From Planctomycetota bacterium (lineage in GTDB: Bacteria > Planctomycetota > UBA8108 > SXIK01): DNA of 64,000 nucleotides. The DNA is taken from positions 4,544,001 to 4,608,000 of the forward strand of contig CBDCXR010000004.1 of the NCBI GenBank assembly GCA_965223845.1, read 5' to 3'. The notes beneath the pieces are model-generated. The model ran no database searches. It was not told where the DNA came from and saw nothing but the letters and a program-made list of their open reading frames with translations. Made by a program: the position numbers and the translations under genes. Shown here in pieces: positions 8,813 through 18,026 of the stretch (positions are counted from its first letter, which is position 1; every line of letters begins with the position of its first letter).

Positions 8813-11365
8813 TCATTCCTTCCAAATCTCGATCTCGGTGAGACCGGTCCGAGCCCGCTCTGCGTGAACGAAGACAATCCGCAGCTTCGTCGTCTTTACC
8901 GGACGAAACCGAACCGAGTTGACGACGCTTCCGGTCGGAGCCGCCGGAGAGCGGTCGAGCTCCTCGACCGGCTTCCACGCCTCGTCGCCAAACCATTCGA
9001 CGCGGTAGGAAGCGGGCGGCTGCACACCGCCGCGGTCGTCATAGATGTGAAGATCGGCGCGACTCGCCGTCCGCTCTCCACCAAAATCGATCTCGAGCCA
9101 GTCGGAATCTGATTTCGACTCGTAGCTCGTCCAGCGATTTGCCGGCGTCGGCGTGTAGACGACGCGGCCATCGTTCACCGTCGCGATCCGATCGAAACGG
9201 GAAGTGTGGGAAGCGCTCGCCTTCGGGTACGGCCGATCCCCGGGGTTGAACGCGAGATTTCCGGCCGGCGGCGGAGCGGGCGCGACGGGGAGCTCGGCGT
9301 CACCCCAGACTTCGATTTCCGTGAGTCCCGTCCGCCCGCCATCGGCGTGCCGGAAGGTGAAGCGAAGCTTTCGCACCGAGGTCGCGGGAATCCGAACGAT
9401 GTTCGCGCGGCGTCCGGTCGGTGTCGCCGGCGAGCGCTCGGCACTCGGAAGTGGCTGCCAGCGATCCTTCGCCCAGGTGTCGATGGCGACCGATCGCGGC
9501 GGCACGATCCCCTCGCCGTCATCGAGGAAGTAGAGCTTGATCGTGTGGATCGCGCGCGCGACTCCGAGGTCGATCTCGATCCGATCCGTTGCGCTCGTCG
9601 ATCCCGCCGCCGTCCATCGGTTGGGCGGATGGAGGTGATACCAGTAGTTCCCGTCGACGAGCTTGCTCGGTGATGAATGCGGCCCCGTGTGGGTGGCAAC
9701 GATCCGGGGAAAATAGTCACCGTCGTTGTTCACCGCGAAGTTGGTGGGTGTCGTTGAAAGCGCGCGCGGCGCGGCTGGCTTAGCGCGCGGCGGCAGAGTG
9801 CCCGTGAGGCGCTCGAGCGCCGGAGATCGGGCGACGACGCGACCGTCCGCGATGACCTGGAGCCCCTTCCCCCGGCTGTATCGGGTGCCGTTCCGGTCCC
9901 AGATGATGCTCACCCGGCGTCCGTGGTAAACGACGTCGTCGAGCGCAAAGAACTCCCACGTGTCGGGCGCGAGGGGATCGACTTCGATGGTGTCGTCCGG
10001 TCGCGGAACGATCCCGACCAGACCGGTGATCACGAGATCGCAAAAACCCGAGTGGAGATAGTGCTCGCTGTGATTGTAGCCGTCGTGTCCTTCGAACGAT
10101 CCCGTGTCCGGGTGGAGCGCCTCGGCGAGATAGGGCCGCCCGTCCTTCCGGTGACTCCGCGAGTAGGTGCGGAGGAGCTCGGCGTAGTCCCCGCGCGTCA
10201 CGACGCGCTGGTCGTAGTTTTGAAGGAGATTCGCCATCGCCTTCAAAGTCTGCGTCGTCGCATAGGGCCAGGACTGTCCGCTCCACCAGCAGCACGTCTT
10301 CTTGAGCACGAACTGCGGATCGTTCCTCTCCACTGTCGTCGGCCCAAAAGGGGCGTGGAAGAACTCGGGATCCATCAAGAAACGCCACGAGGCCTCGTAC
10401 CCCTGGCCGGCGTCGGGTAGTCCGAATTGCCACGGGACGTAACCGATGAGCTCGCGACCGTGCGGGCTTCCGGCGTACTTTCCCGACGCGTAGGTCAGAG
10501 TTCGCGCTTTGACGACGACTCCGTCCCGCTCCTCCTCGTCCCGCGACATCGGGAAGAAGAACTCCCGCTTCTCGTCCCAGAGGAGCGTTTGCAGGCGCTC
10601 CTTCAACCCAGTCGCCGTATCGCGGAACTTCCGGGCCAGAGCGGAATCGCCGGCGAGGTCGGCAATCTTCGCGATCGCGACCGCGTCAGCCCACATGTAG
10701 GCGTTGATCGTCGGACGAAACGCCGGGGCGCCCCGGACGATGTCCTTCGTCTGGCGGCTGTTGATGTTGAATTCCATGCCGTCGTCGTGTCCGGTTTGCC
10801 AGAAGAGACCGACGCTCGGCACGAAGTGCTTCGCTTCCCATGCTTCGTAGTTTCGAACGAGATCCGCGAGGAGGTCCCGAGCAAACTCCGGCGCGTCGTA
10901 GACGCAGTGGATCGCCCAGACCGAGTCGGCGAGCCAGTTGCTGTAGCGGTGAGGCTGAGCCCCGGGCGTGCGCAGCCAGTACCGCGAATAGTCGAATGCG
11001 ATCCGCGGGCGCCGGAGCCAGCGCGCTTCGTAGAGCTGGTGCCCGGCCGGGCAGCTGATCGCGCCGTAGGCGCCGGACCAGAACGGCCGATCGATGAACT
11101 CCGTGAACGAGTAACCGCTGTTCGGGGAGCCGTAGGTGAGGTGCTTCGTGAGCAGCTCCCAGCGGTAGTAGTAAGTCGTCGTCAATTCGGGATCGGGGCA
11201 CTCGAAGAACGGGATGTGCTCGAAGTACCAGTCCCAGTCCCGGTTGTCCCAAAACTCTTGAGCTTCGACTTGCTGGTATTTGTCGAGAACTTGTCCGGAC
11301 GTTCGAGGCGCGACGGCGATCGCGGCGAGTAGTGCGATCGAGAGGATTCCGCGGCGGTGATTCAT
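8813..11365 (-). CDS. Secreted (alpha/alpha)6 glycoside hydrolase (MGH1/GH63-like) with two C-terminal discoidin/F5-8-type modules
   Basis: Signal peptide; YYYRW, HDDGME, ELIGYVPW, WSGQSWPY motifs; two 'NRWT...IEID...TGLTEIE(V/I)W' discoidin-like domains. Confidence 0.8.
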   Translation of the reverse strand: MNHRRGILSIALLAAIAVAPRTSGQVLDKYQQVEAQEFWDNRDWDWYFEHIPFFECPDPELTTTYYYRWELLTKHLTYGSPNSGYSFTEFIDRPFWSGAYGAISCPAGHQLYEARWLRRPRIAFDYSRYWLRTPGAQPHRYSNWLADSVWAIHCVYDAPEFARDLLADLVRNYEAWEAKHFVPSVGLFWQTGHDDGMEFNINSRQTKDIVRGAPAFRPTINAYMWADAVAIAKIADLAGDSALARKFRDTATGLKERLQTLLWDEKREFFFPMSRDEEERDGVVVKARTLTYASGKYAGSPHGRELIGYVPWQFGLPDAGQGYEASWRFLMDPEFFHAPFGPTTVERNDPQFVLKKTCCWWSGQSWPYATTQTLKAMANLLQNYDQRVVTRGDYAELLRTYSRSHRKDGRPYLAEALHPDTGSFEGHDGYNHSEHYLHSGFCDLVITGLVGIVPRPDDTIEVDPLAPDTWEFFALDDVVYHGRRVSIIWDRNGTRYSRGKGLQVIADGRVVARSPALERLTGTLPPRAKPAAPRALSTTPTNFAVNNDGDYFPRIVATHTGPHSSPSKLVDGNYWYHLHPPNRWTAAGSTSATDRIEIDLGVARAIHTIKLYFLDDGEGIVPPRSVAIDTWAKDRWQPLPSAERSPATPTGRRANIVRIPATSVRKLRFTFRHADGGRTGLTEIEVWGDAELPVAPAPPPAGNLAFNPGDRPYPKASASHTSRFDRIATVNDGRVVYTPTPANRWTSYESKSDSDWLEIDFGGERTASRADLHIYDDRGGVQPPASYRVEWFGDEAWKPVEELDRSPAAPTGSVVNSVRFRPVKTTKLRIVFVHAERARTGLTEIEIWKE

Positions 11366-11878
11366 GAGTTCCCTCGCAGTCGCTCTCTAGTCTCTTCGAT
11401 CAGGCGAGCCCGCAAACGGTAGCACGCATCGGTGCGTGGTCTCGTCGTCTCGCGCATCTTGCGCGCCGGTGCTCGCTCACGCAAGGACAGGATCACAGCC
11501 ACGCGATTTCGCTCAGGTGAAACGCGTGTGAGGAGCGGGTGTGCGCATTCACCACTGCTTCGATTCTCAGTCACCGTCGTCGCAACATGCGCTCGATTCG
11601 GCGCGGATCTCTACGATCTTTTCGTTCCGCATCCATTTCAGATTTACGACGTGCGGTTACCGTGCGTTCCCACTTGGTGAGCTCCGGAGCCAACCGAGAA
11701 TTTGTTCGTATCGGTGAAACCGGATGGTGCGCGTCGCCGGCAGCACGCGAATCATCATCCGACGGAGTCGCCGCTCACGGCTCGGCCTAGGTCGAGTCCG
11801 TACGACGCACTTCACGACATCGATGCGAGCTTCTCGCGATTGCGTTTGAGGAAAGACCAACGAGGAGTTCACGAAACG

Positions 11879-13705
11879 ATGAAATCGGTATTTACAAGCC
11901 TCATTGCCATTTCGATCCTGATCGTAGGCGCTAGCGCCAGCGTGGCACAAGGAAGGTTCAAGACCGGCGAACCCGCTCAGATCCGCGGCGACACGGAGAG
12001 CACGAACGTCGGTTGGGAGGTGGAGGCCCTCCTCACGATCGGCGAGGTGTGGCAGTACGGGAAGGGGTTCCGGCCCGGTGAAAACGTCGTCGACGTGCTC
12101 GAGAACACCTTCGGCTACCGCCCGCCGGGAATCCTCGACGGGATGGCGGCGTTCCCGAGGGAGCGCTCGGTGCGGATTCTCGCGAACCATGAGCTCCGCG
12201 ACAGTCAGGGCTATCCGTATCGACTCGCCAACGGAACGGAGCTCACCGGCGCGCGCGTAAGCTACTTCGACATCGACAAGCGGTCGCGGTCGGTGTCGGG
12301 GATGGGACTCGCCTTCGACACGATTTTCGACCGAGCCGGGGACATGGTGACCGATCCTGAGCAACTCGGCGGAGGCATCCACCGTCTCTGCTCCTCCTAC
12401 GGGGTCGAGGCCGGTCGAGGGGGCTTCGAAGCGGACGTCTACTTTACCGGCGAAGAAACCGGCGGGGGAACGGAGTTCGTCCTCGACGTCGACGGCGAGA
12501 CCTTGTACGCCGCACCGATGCTCGGCGTCGCGGCGTGGGAGAATGTCTGCCCGGTCGAGAACTTCGCCTCGAACAAGGTCGTGATCATCATCGGAGACGA
12601 TCGCGGCGGCGCTCCGCTCCTTCTCTACGTCGGTGAGAAGGGAGTGTCCCCGTCCGCCGGCTATGCCCCGCCGGGCTTCCTCGTCGAGAACGGACTCGGA
12701 ATGGGTCGCCTGTTCACCTGGGTAGCGAACGATCCGGCGATGCGGTCGCCCGAAGACTTCAGCGGTACCGGCAACTCGCTCGGGGGCAAGTTCGTGCCGA
12801 TCGCGCACTTCGATCCGAGCCTCGCGGGAACGACTCTCAACGAAGAGCTCGGTCTCGCGTACGACGAGCTCGGATTCGTCAATCAGGCCCTTCAGGACGC
12901 ACTCTCATTCGGCGCAGAAGAGACCGACGAAGACGGAAACGTCGTCTACCGGCTCGAAGGCGCCGGCGCGTTCAAGTTCTCACGCCCCGAAGACGTCTCG
13001 GGCAATCCGGATGATTTCACTCAGATCATCCTCGCTTCGACGGGTCGGGGCAGCCTCTTCCCAGCGGACGATTGGGGAACGATGTACATCATCGACTTCG
13101 ACGACGATGCTCTCGAAGAGCTACTCGAGGAGAATCTCGCCGACATCGACTTCATCCCGGCACGCATCTCCATCCTCTACGACGGTGACGACGCCGGCGG
13201 CGGCCAGGTTCCAGGGCCAGACTTCGGACTGCGCAGCCCGGACAACCTCGACTGGGCCGACGACGGCTTCATCTACATCCAGGAAGATCGCTCGACGGGA
13301 CTCTTCGGCGTCGGCGGCACGGAGCGAGACGGCGATGTCGTCGTCGGAAGCGGAGTCGAAGCGTCGGTGTGGCGACTCGATCCGAGCTCGGGCGAGCTTC
13401 TCCGCATCCTCGAGATGGATCGGACGGCGGTTCCGATCGGTCAGGCAGATCCCGTTCCGTTTGACATCGGAAACTGGGAATCGTCGGGCATTCTCGACGT
13501 CACCGAGCTGTTCCCCACTCACCGCGGCGAGACGCTGCTGATTCTGAACACGCAAGCCCACAGCCTCCAGGGAGGCGGTCTCGCGATCGCGGCGAATCAG
13601 AGCAGCGATCTTGTCCAAGGCGGACAGCTCGTCCTCGCCTCCAAGCGAGACGGCAGCGGCGGTCGAAACGACGTAGATGACGAGGAAGGAGACGAAAACG
13701 ACTGA
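11879..13705 (+). CDS. PhoX-like (DUF839) secreted alkaline phosphatase
   Basis: GAGGAG before ATG 11879; signal peptide; DG, NHE, RLCS, GEE, WEN, RPED, SPDNL, QED, ESSG, QAH motifs typical of PhoX/DUF839 propellers. Confidence 0.7.
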   Translation: MKSVFTSLIAISILIVGASASVAQGRFKTGEPAQIRGDTESTNVGWEVEALLTIGEVWQYGKGFRPGENVVDVLENTFGYRPPGILDGMAAFPRERSVRILANHELRDSQGYPYRLANGTELTGARVSYFDIDKRSRSVSGMGLAFDTIFDRAGDMVTDPEQLGGGIHRLCSSYGVEAGRGGFEADVYFTGEETGGGTEFVLDVDGETLYAAPMLGVAAWENVCPVENFASNKVVIIIGDDRGGAPLLLYVGEKGVSPSAGYAPPGFLVENGLGMGRLFTWVANDPAMRSPEDFSGTGNSLGGKFVPIAHFDPSLAGTTLNEELGLAYDELGFVNQALQDALSFGAEETDEDGNVVYRLEGAGAFKFSRPEDVSGNPDDFTQIILASTGRGSLFPADDWGTMYIIDFDDDALEELLEENLADIDFIPARISILYDGDDAGGGQVPGPDFGLRSPDNLDWADDGFIYIQEDRSTGLFGVGGTERDGDVVVGSGVEASVWRLDPSSGELLRILEMDRTAVPIGQADPVPFDIGNWESSGILDVTELFPTHRGETLLILNTQAHSLQGGGLAIAANQSSDLVQGGQLVLASKRDGSGGRNDVDDEEGDEND

Positions 13706-13735
13706 TCTCTCGAACGAGGAGAATCGTCGGCCCGG

Positions 13736-13773
13736 CGAAGGGGATGACCGCGAGGTCGTCCCCTTCGTTTTTT
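13736..13773 (+). terminator. Rho-independent terminator after the phoX-like gene
   Basis: CGAAGGGGATGACC-GCGA-GGTCGTCCCCTTCG 14-bp stem (one G:U), GNRA loop, followed by TTTTTT; lies between convergent genes. Confidence 0.85.
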
Positions 13774-13804
13774 CTAGCGGCGCGACGACCTCGTCGCGGT
13801 CGGC

Positions 13805-14041
13805 TTACTCGTCCAAGCCCTCGATCGCCTTCTTCAGCGCCTCGTACTCCTCACGGCACTCGGCACAGACCGCGAGATGCTGCTCGACCACCTTCAGTCC
13901 TTCCGGGACGGATCGTCCCGCCAGAGCTCGCTCGGCGAACTCCGCCACCAAGGCGAGACAGGCTTCACAGTTGATCTCATCTTCCGCGGTCAAGCCGACG
14001 AGCCGCAGCAGTCCTTCGATTTCTTCGCGCGAGAGGGGCAA
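13805..14041 (-). CDS. Small soluble zinc-binding anti-sigma factor (ZAS/zf-HC2-like)
   Basis: CEAC plus HLAVCAEC (HxxxCxxC); 10 bp downstream of an ECF sigma; no TM segment. Confidence 0.8.
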   Translation of the reverse strand: MPLSREEIEGLLRLVGLTAEDEINCEACLALVAEFAERALAGRSVPEGLKVVEQHLAVCAECREEYEALKKAIEGLDE

Positions 14042-14051
14042 GTTCGAATCC

Positions 14052-14663
14052 TCAAGTGGTGAATGCCGCGTAGATGTCGGCCGCTCGATATCCGGCCGTT
14101 TCGAATCCGCGCTTCAGGCGCTTCCGCGCGTCGTGAGTCAGTTTGTAGATTGCGTTTCGATTGCTGCCGAGTTGTCGCGCGATCTCCTCTTGCGGCATTC
14201 CGCGGAGCTCGGCGAGCAGCGCCGTCCCTTGCTTCTCCGTGAGATCGTCGCGGATTAGCTCGTACAGCTTGGTCAAGATCGCTTCGCGGTCGGCGGAATC
14301 ATCCGCCGGAGAGTCGCCTGCCGCCGCTGGCGGCGCACGGAAGGCATCGCCGGATATCAACTCGTCGAGTGACACGTCCCGCCACTGCCGTCGACGGAGC
14401 TCGCTCAGTGCGACTCGAATCGCAATCGATGTCGCCCACGTCGAGAATCGGCTTCGACCCGCGAACTGCGAACGACGATCGAGGATGCGAAGGAGCGAAT
14501 CCTGGGCGACGTCTTCGAGAAAGGCGTCGTCCGCGCGGGCGTTGGTCGAGAGCGCACGCCGCAATCCCCGGAGCAGAATCTCGCGAAGCTCCGTGAGCGC
14601 TGCGTCACGTCGAGCGCCCTCGCCGGCGAGGTCCGACAGCCAAGATTCGTTGCTGCGCGTCAC
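14052..14663 (-). CDS. ECF-type RNA polymerase sigma factor
   Basis: Region 2 'EDVAQD...FAGRSRFSTWATSIAIR'; region 4 'LTEKQ...GMPQEEIARQLGSNRNAIYKLTHDARKRLK'. Confidence 0.92.
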   Translation of the reverse strand: MTRSNESWLSDLAGEGARRDAALTELREILLRGLRRALSTNARADDAFLEDVAQDSLLRILDRRSQFAGRSRFSTWATSIAIRVALSELRRRQWRDVSLDELISGDAFRAPPAAAGDSPADDSADREAILTKLYELIRDDLTEKQGTALLAELRGMPQEEIARQLGSNRNAIYKLTHDARKRLKRGFETAGYRAADIYAAFTT

Positions 14664-14841
14664 GCTGCCCTTCGACTCCGACCGAGTTCGGTGTTCGCAA
14701 ACACCCTCAAGCCACCGACACGCTCCGCCGATCGAGGCCCCAACGAGAACGCGCTCGGCTCGACCGCGGCGACCTCTTCGAGATCGCCGCGGTCAAGTCA
14801 GGTGCGGAGTGCTGGTCTCCCTCGAGCGCTCCAATGAACCG

Positions 14842-15387
14842 TCACGCCGCGACCAAATCGGGAGCGGCCGGAAAGTCGACTTCGGTCTCAGCGACCAAGT
14901 TGAAGTAGTTCGTGAAGCTGCTCAGCGCGACATGCGCGACGATCTCACTAATCTCGCCGTCACTGTAACCAGCGTCGCGAACGCTGTCGAGATCGCGGCC
15001 GTCGACCGCGCCGCGGCGCACGACCACTTGAAGGGCGAACTCGAGCGCCGCCCGCTCCTTCGGGTCGGTCGACTGCGATCGACGCGCGGCGAGCGCCTCC
15101 TCCTCCGAGAGACCGACGCCCTTTCCGAGCGTCGTGTGGGCAGCGACGCAGTAACCGCATCCGTTCGCCTCGGCGACGGCGAGGGCGATCTGCTCGCGCA
15201 GGCGCGGTGACAGCTCGCCTCCGCCGAGGGCCTGGCTGAACTTCAAGTATGCGTTCGCGACGGCAGCCGATTGGGCCATCGTCCCGAGAACATTGGGAAC
15301 TTTGCCCATCGAGCGCTCGATGGAGTCGAGCAGCCGAGCGGTCGTGGGATCTGCGGTGGATCGATCGACAGTTGGAATGCGGGGCAT
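14842..15387 (-). CDS. Carboxymuconolactone decarboxylase / AhpD-like peroxidase-related protein
   Basis: REQIALAVAEANGCGYCVAAH (CxxC..H) motif; FTNYFN...VDFP C-terminus; AAGGAG RBS. Confidence 0.9.
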   Translation of the reverse strand: MPRIPTVDRSTADPTTARLLDSIERSMGKVPNVLGTMAQSAAVANAYLKFSQALGGGELSPRLREQIALAVAEANGCGYCVAAHTTLGKGVGLSEEEALAARRSQSTDPKERAALEFALQVVVRRGAVDGRDLDSVRDAGYSDGEISEIVAHVALSSFTNYFNLVAETEVDFPAAPDLVAA

Positions 15388-15437
15388 CGGATGGCTCCTT
15401 TCGAATTAGGAACGAACGAGAAAGATCTCTGCCCTTC

Positions 15438-15464
15438 GACGCCGGGCGCCCGCAGGGTCTTACC
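15438..15464 (-). promoter_or_regulatory. Putative ECF promoter for the ahpD-like gene
   Basis: Minus strand GGTAAGA-N16-CGTC about 50 bp upstream of the ATG; matches the motif on the other strand at 15861. Confidence 0.55.
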
Positions 15465-15860
15465 CCCGTTCTCGAGTGCAGCCGTGTCTCGGCGGTGCGA
15501 CGGGCGTCGAACTCGACACCTCCTAAAGGTTCGGAGTTAGCCCGGATCTCACCGGATTCCGTGGGCTCGGCGGCGAGCCGCCGGCAGCGCGGCCTCATTG
15601 GCCCACCGACTGACCGGAGGTGGACTTCTAGCCCGGTGAGGATCACGGCGACACGTCCGACGCTCGCTCGCGATGTTCGGTGACGCGGCAGATCCGGCGA
15701 GCAATCCTGGTTGAACGTGCCCCACGAACACGAGATCGCCGAGCCGTGATCGAGTTCGAGGTGGCGGCGCAAAGATCAGGCGAGTGAAGACGGAGATCAG
15801 TGCGTCGTGCCTCGAATGTTCGAGCCGATTCGCACTTCGGCCGGGCGGCAAGATTCATCG

Positions 15861-15886
15861 GGTAAGATCTCGCGGTGGTGTGCGTC
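15861..15886 (+). promoter_or_regulatory. Putative ECF promoter for the YHS lipoprotein gene
   Basis: GGTAAGA-N15-CGTC upstream of ATG 16013. Confidence 0.55.
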
Positions 15887-16012
15887 AAAGCGGTGTTCGC
15901 CGGCCAGCGACTCGTCGCGGCCGTCCTCCACTCCTCCCGAGTCGAGACGGCCGAAGAGCTATCCGCAATCAACGGATCTCGTCTCACGAGATCGATTCTT
16001 GGAGACTCTGTC

Positions 16013-16543
16013 ATGAAGTCGTCCCTCTCTGCCGCTGTTCTCGCCGCCACCACGCTGCTCGCCGCCGGTTGTTCTTCCGAAGTCGGCTCGGCCGACGCTT
16101 CCGCAGGTGATGACCGTCCGATCGTCTCGCGTTCGGCGACGAGCCGAGCCTATCTTCACTCGCACAATCTCCCCTCACACGGCGTCGCGCTCGAGGGCTA
16201 CTGCCCGGTCGCGTACTTCGCGGTGAACAAGCCGGTCCGAGGTGTTCCCGAGCACGCTTCGAATCACAACGGCGTCACCTACTACTTCGTCTCGGCCGAC
16301 GCGAAGAAGGCATTCGACGCCGAACCGGAAAAATACCTTCCCGCCTACGGCGGCTGGTGCGCCTTCGGGATGGCGATCGGCGACAAGTTCCCCGTCGATC
16401 CACGGAACTTCAAGATCGTCGACGGCAGGCTCTTCGTTTTCCTCAAGAACGCGAATGTCGACGCCCTCGAGCTCTGGAACGACGGCGACGAGGGCGACTT
16501 CACGCGCAAGGCCGACGCGCACTGGACGAAGGTCCAAGGCTGA
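16013..16543 (+). CDS. YHS-domain lipoprotein (YHS (seleno)protein family, Cys form)
   Basis: GGAG RBS; lipobox LAAGC; GYCPVAYF, YYFVS...FDAEPEKYLPAYGGWCAFG, KIVDGRL motifs. Confidence 0.85.
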   Translation: MKSSLSAAVLAATTLLAAGCSSEVGSADASAGDDRPIVSRSATSRAYLHSHNLPSHGVALEGYCPVAYFAVNKPVRGVPEHASNHNGVTYYFVSADAKKAFDAEPEKYLPAYGGWCAFGMAIGDKFPVDPRNFKIVDGRLFVFLKNANVDALELWNDGDEGDFTRKADAHWTKVQG

Positions 16544-16805
16544 TTCTTGAACGGCCCAGCGCGAGCCACTCGAAACCATCCGATTTCACGAATCCCTTCT
16601 GCGGTCGACGCCTTCGGCCGCGGAAGGGATTTCGCGCATCTCGGTGCGCAGCCTCGCTGCTGAGAATCGAGTCGATCGATGGTCCAGCACGTCTCGTCAT
16701 ATCCACCCGTCTCTTCCGCGAGTAAGATGCGTATCTTCGCGCGTCGCGTCTCGGGTAGCGCGATTCACGCGAGCCAACCATTCGTTGCCTCGAAGGAGAC
16801 GAGCT

Positions 16806-17990
16806 ATGGAGAGGTCCGCACGACAGAGCTTGGCCCCGATCCTCACTCTCGCCCTTGTCGCTGCCGCACCGGTCGGGTTCGCGAATGACGAGCCGATTCT
16901 CTGCCGCGGAGACTATCATTCCGAAGAAGAAGCCGTGCGGCAGCTCGCGCGGATGGCTTCGACGTATTCGAACCTCGAGGAGTGGAACGACCGGGCGCAG
17001 CGCGTGCGGCGGCAGATCCTGAAGGGTGCAAAACTCGATCCGCTCCCGGAACGCACCCCACTTCGCCCGGTGATTCGCAATCCGCGAAACTACGAAGGAT
17101 ACAGCGTCGAGTCCGCGGCGTTCGAAGCGCGTCCCGGCTTCTTCGTCTACGGAACTCTCTACCGGCCGAGGGGCCGAACGGGACCGTTCGCCGGGATCCT
17201 GTGTCCCCACGGACATGCGCGCGGGCCGGCCGGCGGGCGCCTCCGGGCCGCTCAGCAGCTTCGCTGCGCGACCCTCGCGCGCATGGGTGCGGTCGTCTTC
17301 TCGTACGACATGATCGGCTTCGGCGACTCCGAACACCTCGGGTGGAAGCACAGCCACCCGCAAGCGCTCACGCTCCAGACCTGGAGCAGCATCCGCGCGG
17401 TCGATTTCCTCCTCTCACTCGACGAAGTCGACCCTGCGCGCATCGGAGTGACGGGCTGCTCGGGCGGCGGGACGCAGACCTTTCTCCTCACGGCGATCGA
17501 CGACCGCGTGAAAGTCGCCGCTCCTGTGGTCATGGTGTCGGCGCACTTCTTCGGCGGCTGCCACTGCGAAAGCGGAATGCCGATCCACAAGACAAAGCAC
17601 CTCGAGACGAACAACGCCGAGATCGCCGCACTCGCGGCGCCACGTCCTCTCCTTCTCGTTTCGGTCGGAGGTGACTGGACGAAGAACACGCCGCTCGTCG
17701 AGTATCCGTACATCCGAAACGTCTACCGGCTCTACGGCAAGTCCGGGCACGCGGAAAACGCCCATTTCCCGAATCAAAAGCACGGCTACCAGTTCCTCAA
17801 ACGTCAGGCGATGTACCCGTTCATGGCGAAGCATCTCGGACTCGACACGAAGGGCATCCTCGATACCGGAACGGAGCTTTTCGACGAGAGCAAGACGGTT
17901 ATCGAGACACCGGAACAGATGCGAGTGTTCGATGCGTCGTCCCCACTTCCGAAGCACAGTCTGAAGCCGGGCGAAACCGTGGCGTTTTAG
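16806..17990 (+). CDS. Secreted alpha/beta-hydrolase (acetylxylan esterase-like)
   Basis: AAGGAG RBS; signal peptide; PHGH, GVTGCSGGG nucleophile elbow, GGCHCE, APRPLLL. Confidence 0.85.
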   Translation: MERSARQSLAPILTLALVAAAPVGFANDEPILCRGDYHSEEEAVRQLARMASTYSNLEEWNDRAQRVRRQILKGAKLDPLPERTPLRPVIRNPRNYEGYSVESAAFEARPGFFVYGTLYRPRGRTGPFAGILCPHGHARGPAGGRLRAAQQLRCATLARMGAVVFSYDMIGFGDSEHLGWKHSHPQALTLQTWSSIRAVDFLLSLDEVDPARIGVTGCSGGGTQTFLLTAIDDRVKVAAPVVMVSAHFFGGCHCESGMPIHKTKHLETNNAEIAALAAPRPLLLVSVGGDWTKNTPLVEYPYIRNVYRLYGKSGHAENAHFPNQKHGYQFLKRQAMYPFMAKHLGLDTKGILDTGTELFDESKTVIETPEQMRVFDASSPLPKHSLKPGETVAF

Positions 17991-18026
17991 TCTCAGCTTC
18001 TCGTTCGTTGACCGATTGAGGACACA

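Noticed and set aside
11640-11675. Pho box upstream of the phoX-like gene (CGTGCG repeated at 11-bp spacing)
   Set aside because: It does not resemble the CTGTCAT-type consensus and is too short and GC-rich to be significant.
15388-16012. Small protein gene in the ahpD-YHS spacer
   Set aside because: Candidate ORFs have no RBS or recognisable motifs and are Arg/Ser-rich; the spacer is better explained as a divergent promoter region.
16013-16543. Selenocysteine recoding in the YHS (seleno)protein-family gene
   Set aside because: No internal in-frame TGA; motif positions are Cys, and the terminal TGA follows a normal family C-terminus.
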